Shown here piece after piece: positions 58,791 through 64,000 of a stretch of 64,000 nt of DNA. This stretch comes from Candidatus Hodarchaeota archaeon (GTDB taxonomy: Archaea > Asgardarchaeota > Heimdallarchaeia > Hodarchaeales > Hodarchaeaceae). Position numbers and translations under genes: made by a program. Below the pieces are notes generated by a model that saw nothing but the letters and a program-made list of their open reading frames with translations, was not told the origin of the DNA and did not search any database. The DNA lies in contig JAEOTC010000086.1 in NCBI GenBank assembly GCA_016840035.1, forward strand, positions 1-64,000, written 5' to 3'. Within the stretch, counting starts at the first letter, position 1. Every line of letters starts with the position of its first letter.

Positions 58791-59984
58791 ATGCCAGAAA
58801 GTGTGGATGATAAAAAAACCACGTTCGATGAGTTCACTGATTCTTATACTCGTACAATGGAACGTCGGATACGTACACTGGAAACAGAGAAACAATTATT
58901 AGAAGTCCAGCGAAATAAGCTAGAAGAGGATAGAGATAATCTAAGACTCGAATTACAAAAGCTAAAACAACCTCCTCTCTTCACAGGTACACTTTTAGAA
59001 GTTTTGGAAAATGGAAAAGCGATTGTGAAGAGTTCTACTGGGCCTTCATTTGTTGTTGTAATAGATTCAACAATTCCCAAAGATATTCTTGTTCCAAACA
59101 GCCGAGTTGCGCTTCATCAAAGAAACTTTGCAATTCTGGAAATCCTCCCTCAGAGTACAGATCCCCTTGTTCGAAGCATGGAGATTGATACAAAACCATC
59201 AGAAACATATGGTGATATTGGTGGATTGCGAGATCAATTATTAGATCTTCGTGAAACTGTTGAGCTCCCCCTTTTACAGCCTGAATTATTTGAAAAAGTT
59301 GGGATTGAACCTCCCAAAGGAGTTTTACTTCATGGCCCTCCTGGTTCAGGAAAAACGCTCATGGTGAAAGCAGTCGCCCACGAAACACAAGCTACGTTTA
59401 TTCGAGTAATTGGATCTGAACTCGTTCAGAAATATATCGGAGAAGGAGCTAGATTGGTTCGTGAAGTGTTTGCGTATGCTCGTGATAACTCCCCAAGCAT
59501 TCTCTTTATTGATGAACTGGATGCTATTGGAAGTAAAAGACTTGATATCGCTACAAGCGGAGATAGAGAGGTTCAACGAACATTAATGCAATTGCTAAGT
59601 GAATTAGATGGATTTTCTCCCCGAGGGGATGTGAAGATTATTGGCGCTACAAATCGGGTTGATATTCTTGATCCTGCTTTGATGCGACCTGGAAGATTTG
59701 ATCGGCATATTGAAGTTCCATTACCAGATCTTGAAGAAAGATTAGAAATTCTTAAAATTCATACAAGACACATGAATATCGACAATAAAGTGGATTTGGA
59801 ATCAATTGCAACCCAAATGGTAGAAGCATCTGGTGCGGATATCCGTGCCATAACCCAAGAGGCTGGCATGTTTGCTATCAGAGAAAGGGTCACTATGGTA
59901 AAGTCTGATCACTTTATCTCCGCAATTGGAAAGGTAATTTCTAAGAAAAAAGACATTCTTACCAGTCAAAATGAATATACCTAA
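58791..59984 (+). CDS. pan: Proteasome-activating nucleotidase
   Basis: N-terminal coiled coil and OB; PPKGVLLHGPPGSGKT, KYIGEGARLVRE, DREVQRTLMQLL, RPGRFDR. Confidence 0.97.
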   Translation: MPESVDDKKTTFDEFTDSYTRTMERRIRTLETEKQLLEVQRNKLEEDRDNLRLELQKLKQPPLFTGTLLEVLENGKAIVKSSTGPSFVVVIDSTIPKDILVPNSRVALHQRNFAILEILPQSTDPLVRSMEIDTKPSETYGDIGGLRDQLLDLRETVELPLLQPELFEKVGIEPPKGVLLHGPPGSGKTLMVKAVAHETQATFIRVIGSELVQKYIGEGARLVREVFAYARDNSPSILFIDELDAIGSKRLDIATSGDREVQRTLMQLLSELDGFSPRGDVKIIGATNRVDILDPALMRPGRFDRHIEVPLPDLEERLEILKIHTRHMNIDNKVDLESIATQMVEASGADIRAITQEAGMFAIRERVTMVKSDHFISAIGKVISKKKDILTSQNEYT

Positions 59985-60016
59985 TTTTCACTCGATCTAT
60001 GGTTGAGGGGCAGTCC

Positions 60017-60490
60017 TCATCCATTTTTTACGGAATCCCATTTTGAGTAGCATAGATTCAATACTGCTGTAAATGCAGCAATTGCAGTTTCTTCTTCCTC
60101 TCGTGGGTGATGGAGTTTTTTTGCTGTTAAGTTTTCTATTAGACATTTTGCGAAGTCATTCAATGATACTATACTTTGTATCCAAAAAAATAGGATTAGG
60201 GCTTCAACCTGATCAGCTAATTGCCCTTTTTTCCCCTTGATTCTTAAATATTCGGCCTTAGGCCATAGAGATGATCTGTAAGCGTTAGCTAAAACATGAT
60301 CTGAGACCTTGGTGCCAGTTGTGGCTTCAGTAACTCCGCTTTTAGCCAAAGAATATATGAAATTTACAAAGGAGTCGCCTAGTTTTGCATTTCCTTTGTT
60401 AAAAGTGAAATCACGAATGACCTGTTGAGTATCCTTTCCCTCTAAGGTAGTTTTATACTGATCTTGAATAAAAGACACACTTAAACCCAA
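60017..60490 (-). CDS. Archaeal RNase III-like protein
   Basis: AKLGDSFVNFIYSLA, KVSD.VLA.A, AD.VEAL. Confidence 0.8.
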   Translation of the reverse strand: MGLSVSFIQDQYKTTLEGKDTQQVIRDFTFNKGNAKLGDSFVNFIYSLAKSGVTEATTGTKVSDHVLANAYRSSLWPKAEYLRIKGKKGQLADQVEALILFFWIQSIVSLNDFAKCLIENLTAKKLHHPREEEETAIAAFTAVLNLCYSKWDSVKNG

Positions 60491-60514
60491 AATTCAAGGG
60501 CTATAACTAATTAC

Positions 60515-60826
60515 TCATTCTATGCTCGATTCGACAATCTTGGTTAATTCATCACATTGTTTATTAATGGTTTCTGCAGCAATCGCTAGTGCTTCAATTG
60601 GGTTTATCCCTTCAGTGCGAAGATAGAATATCGGATTTTCAAGGAGGGGATGTGGAAATCGATATGCTGCGAATAATACACCATCTTGATCCTTTAAAGC
60701 CTCTCTTAGTAGATTTAGAAAAGTATGATTTTCTCCTGCGACTTCAAATTCTAGTAATGATTCTTCTTTTCGAACGACTTTAGCCTGCAATTGAATTTTT
60801 CGCTCCAGAAGTGATTGTTTTAACAA
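60515..60826 (-). CDS. rpoL: RNA polymerase subunit Rpo11 (L)
   Basis: GENHTFLNLLR..L....GV.FAAY..PHPL. Confidence 0.95.
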   Translation of the reverse strand: MLKQSLLERKIQLQAKVVRKEESLLEFEVAGENHTFLNLLREALKDQDGVLFAAYRFPHPLLENPIFYLRTEGINPIEALAIAAETINKQCDELTKIVESSIE

Positions 60827-60866
60827 CGAATCCTTTCTACCATAGGTTCAAATACTTTCTTTTATA

Positions 60867-61838
60867 CTAATGAGTTTTTTTAGTTAGGTAATTCGCAATC
60901 CATTTGCTTAATTGTGGGGGAACACTTTCTCCAACTTGATTAAATTGGCTGACAATAGGACCAGCAAACGAAAATGAGTCTGGAAAAGACATTAAGCGTG
61001 CATGCTCTCTAACCGTACACAATCGATGGAGAAATGGATGAATGAAACGACTTTTCCCCATAACTGTAGGTGCGTTGGTTTGAGAGTCCAGTCGAATATA
61101 ATTTCTGAAAGTTCTTCTTCCACTACCTGGAAAATAGATAAGAGCTCCGTTTGGAGGTGTTCTTGGAATTTTCTTAGCGAGCTTATGTGGAAGAGGAACT
61201 TCTTCGTGGTTTAAACAATTAAATGAGCTTTGAGATTCTGAGAGTCCACTCAGTACATGCTGAACAGTAGTAATTTCCTTTTCTTCCTGTATAGGAGGAA
61301 ATTCAACATTTGAAATAAAAACTCTCCTTCTAGCACTAGCCACCCCCACGTTTAACGCCTCTAACATATTGAAATGAATTTTAGAATAGCCAGATTTTGA
61401 AAATTCCCTGCGAATATACGTCTGCATGTTTTTACTAGCTACTTGTTGAACATTTTCAATGATAAAGTAACTTGGATTCAGGTCACTAATTAAACGAATG
61501 GTATGAAGCATATTTCTTCCCGTGGCATCTGAATATAGACGATCATAATCAGTCCTTTTTCTATTTACATTTGCGGACGAAAAAGCTTCACAAGGAGGAC
61601 CTGCAAGGATTATATCCACTTGTTTTCCATTTAACTCTTTTAATATCTCCATTGAGTGAAGATAGGTAACATCGCGATTGAGGGTAATTGCAGAGGGGAA
61701 ATTTGTTTCATAGGTTCTGAGAGCCCAATTATTATTGTCTATTGCTAATGATAATTGGTGATGAGGGGAAGCTAAATGAAAACCTAGAGAGAATCCTCCA
61801 GCTCCACAATAAAGGTCAACGATAGTTAGAGGTTTCAA
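60867..61838 (-). CDS. C5 cytosine methyltransferase
   Basis: DLYCGAGG, GPPCEAFS, ENV, R.R, RLMSFP, Q.GESVPP. Confidence 0.93.
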   Translation of the reverse strand: MKPLTIVDLYCGAGGFSLGFHLASPHHQLSLAIDNNNWALRTYETNFPSAITLNRDVTYLHSMEILKELNGKQVDIILAGPPCEAFSSANVNRKRTDYDRLYSDATGRNMLHTIRLISDLNPSYFIIENVQQVASKNMQTYIRREFSKSGYSKIHFNMLEALNVGVASARRRVFISNVEFPPIQEEKEITTVQHVLSGLSESQSSFNCLNHEEVPLPHKLAKKIPRTPPNGALIYFPGSGRRTFRNYIRLDSQTNAPTVMGKSRFIHPFLHRLCTVREHARLMSFPDSFSFAGPIVSQFNQVGESVPPQLSKWIANYLTKKTH

Positions 61839-61840
61839 CG

Positions 61841-62326
61841 TTATTCAGAAATTTGCTTTGAAAGCCCATAAAGAAAAATAGCAGTTGAAGCGACGGGATT
61901 GAGGTCTTTAATGGATTCTTCCAGGAATATACACTCACCTAAATCCAGTTCTTTGCGTGTTAATCCAGAAGGTGAACCTCCGACGACAACTAAAACCTTT
62001 TGCTCCTTAATCTCTTGTATTATGTCCGAAAAAAGAACTAGCTTTTGACCAAATCGTTTAGGAGCAAGTAAATATATCTTATCGGGGTTAAGAGCTTCAA
62101 TAATGTCCTGAATATCTGAAAAGAAGAACAAACTCCCAGGGTTCTCTGAGCCAAGGATAATCTTCTGGGCATCAGGAATCCCCATTGATGCTGCAGATGA
62201 AGTAATTTTACTAAAAATTAAATTCTTGCATAAATGGGGAAAATTAACAACTGTATTTGCGAATAGTTTAACGGTATTAGAACTATGAGTATTATGGAGG
62301 GTAATGAGTAAATTCTGGGTAGACAT
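61841..62326 (-). CDS. DUF2122/SPOUT-like RNA methyltransferase-family protein
   Basis: LHN..S, AAS.GIPDAQK, D..E.L.PD, GG...GLT.KEL.LGE. Confidence 0.75.
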   Translation of the reverse strand: MSTQNLLITLHNTHSSNTVKLFANTVVNFPHLCKNLIFSKITSSAASMGIPDAQKIILGSENPGSLFFFSDIQDIIEALNPDKIYLLAPKRFGQKLVLFSDIIQEIKEQKVLVVVGGSPSGLTRKELDLGECIFLEESIKDLNPVASTAIFLYGLSKQISE

Positions 62327-62527
62327 GGTTATTTACTTCCATTTAAACTTTCTTTCTGAAAAGACGGTAAAGTAAACCGTCTCTATTAATATTACACAGG
62401 TCTGACTGACTAGAATAACCTTACTCTCATTAATCCTCGCAAAATTGAATTAAATTTCAATCCCCACTCCCATTAAAAGGATACGAAGGTTAATTAGAAA
62501 GGGATAAGATCGTAGAAAATACAACAA

Positions 62528-62645
62528 GTCGGGATATCCAAGCCTGGTAATCATCCATGATGACCATGCTTGACCAGAATGGAGCCAGCCTGCTAAGTTG
62601 GTGCTCTCCCGTAGCTCGGGGGTTCAAATCCCCCTCCCGACGCCA
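62528..62645 (+). tRNA. tRNA-Ser(GCT) with D-loop BHB intron and encoded CCA
   Basis: GTCGGGA/TCCCGAC acceptor, discriminator G, loop CTGCTAA, long variable arm; intron ~62551-62578 with TGGT/ACCA helix. Confidence 0.88.
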
Positions 62646-62776
62646 TTATTACTTTTATTATGCCATTACTGCTAATTCAGGACTATATTTTTAATTAACC
62701 AACAAATAAAGGTATAAACCTATAGATTCAGCACATTCAGTTAGAAATTTGATATTTCCTTAAATTAAATTTAAAA

Positions 62777-64000
62777 TCAATATATATCAGGTCGATTAAG
62801 ACATTTATAGTAGAGGTCATAAAGAAGCGTGATTAAATCATTTAGTAGATCATTATAGGTTTTAACCGAGCTTTTGATTTCCAGATAATGGCAAAGAAGA
62901 TTCCACTTTTTCCTATAATAATTCAAAAGTTCAAGTATATCTTCTTCTTCTAGGCTTACATATAATTCTTTGAAGTTATCAGTATTTAATACCCTATTTT
63001 CAATAGTGTGAATCACCCGTGAATCAATTTTTCCTGAAATTATCCGTTGTTTCGGTTTCAAGTAGTATCTAGTTTTTTTAGTTAGTAACCGAAATAATTT
63101 CATGATTGTACTAAGAGATCTGTCCTTTTGATCTATTAAATTAGTTAATTTGCCATTAACTTTGGTTGCAAACTCTTCACCTGAAAAAACAAGCATATAT
63201 AGACGAGTTATATTTTTCATTCGATCTATTTGGGACCAGTAAAACATTCTCATCTTATCTGGATGATCAAGAATAAGACAAGCCAGATCCAATATTACAC
63301 TGAAATAGATATTCTTGATGCTTGAAATTCCTTTTCCATGGCCTGAGAATGATCTAGGAGATTGGATTGTACTCCTTAAATCATAACCAAGGTTAGGAGA
63401 ATTCGCAGCAAATTCTCTAAATGGTCCTGAATCGTTTTTGGTTATCTGAATATCTTTAAAATAAGCAGATATTTTGAATTCTTCCCTTTTTATCTCATTA
63501 ATTAAATAAACAAGTGCATCTGCTTGAGTGAAAAGTTTTTTTGCGTGTTTTTTATGTTCATGCACTAGTGAATATTTCCCCCTCATTTTTTCCCAAATCT
63601 CCTTAAGTTTTATATTTGTGATTGTGTTAATTCTATGATTTGATTGATTTAGATCATGATAAATTACCTTTAACAACTGATCAATTACATTCTTATTCCC
63701 AGGTAGAATATTCTGTTTTTTCATCTGCTTTAGTCGTTTAACAACAAAGCCATTTTTATCATGTGCAAAAATAATCTCTAATTCCTTTGTCGAATTATGT
63801 TTTAGAGGTCCCTTGAGAACTTTCAACTTTGTGAGAGCTTCTTCATAGATTCTGAAATATGATGGAAAATTTGAAGGACTTCTTTCCCGAATTAGAGAAT
63901 ATAGTTTTATTATTGATTGTTTATAGTGCTCTAGGATATCAACATTGTCAAAAGAGAATTGAAAATCTGTTATTGTAAAACCAAGTCTTGACCCTCTATA
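62777..64000 (-). CDS. Hypothetical Lys-rich protein, 5' end outside the window
   Basis: Frame of ORF 62777..63826 stays open to position 64000 (read manually). Confidence 0.65.
   Translation of the reverse strand, partial: YRGSRLGFTITDFQFSFDNVDILEHYKQSIIKLYSLIRERSPSNFPSYFRIYEEALTKLKVLKGPLKHNSTKELEIIFAHDKNGFVVKRLKQMKKQNILPGNKNVIDQLLKVIYHDLNQSNHRINTITNIKLKEIWEKMRGKYSLVHEHKKHAKKLFTQADALVYLINEIKREEFKISAYFKDIQITKNDSGPFREFAANSPNLGYDLRSTIQSPRSFSGHGKGISSIKNIYFSVILDLACLILDHPDKMRMFYWSQIDRMKNITRLYMLVFSGEEFATKVNGKLTNLIDQKDRSLSTIMKLFRLLTKKTRYYLKPKQRIISGKIDSRVIHTIENRVLNTDNFKELYVSLEEEDILELLNYYRKKWNLLCHYLEIKSSVKTYNDLLNDLITLLYDLYYKCLNRPDIY

Noticed and set aside
1145-61214. Many 60-130 aa ORFs overlapping longer genes in the ORF track
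   Set aside because: Antisense or alternate-frame shadows of well-supported CDSs
60867-61838. Restriction-modification system
   Set aside because: No adjacent endonuclease; housekeeping context

Overview
AT-rich archaeal chromosomal window, most likely from an Asgard archaeon (Heimdallarchaeia/Hodarchaeales-like; inferred from Rab- and Rag-type small GTPases, a RING protein, aMBF1, PAN, Rpo11 and BHB-intron tRNAs). 1-54 kb is accessory: surface proteins, signalling, small-molecule-modifying enzymes and nucleotide enzymes. 56-62.6 kb is housekeeping (tRNAs, uS8/uL6, aMBF1, PAN, Rpo11). Best candidate for an undescribed system: a 2120-aa single-pass surface protein with 11 Ca-binding-type Ig/cadherin-like repeats and a cytoplasmic folliculin/SMCR8-like longin domain that keeps the arginine-finger motif (EARG, R2041). 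It lies directly downstream of a RagA/Gtr1-like GTPase-roadblock gene, with a second Rag-like GTPase transcribed divergently, suggesting a receptor-GAP/Rag signalling module. Other highlights: an orphan T6SS Hcp tube protein with a signal peptide; a SatD-DUF3307 pair behind a 29-bp-periodic palindrome array; an orphan solute-binding protein plus membrane wHTH regulator with a shared operator; a tRNA-Asn with three BHB introns; a GNAT-SSB fusion; a polyproline/WH2-like protein. All family assignments are from motif recognition by eye; no searches were run.
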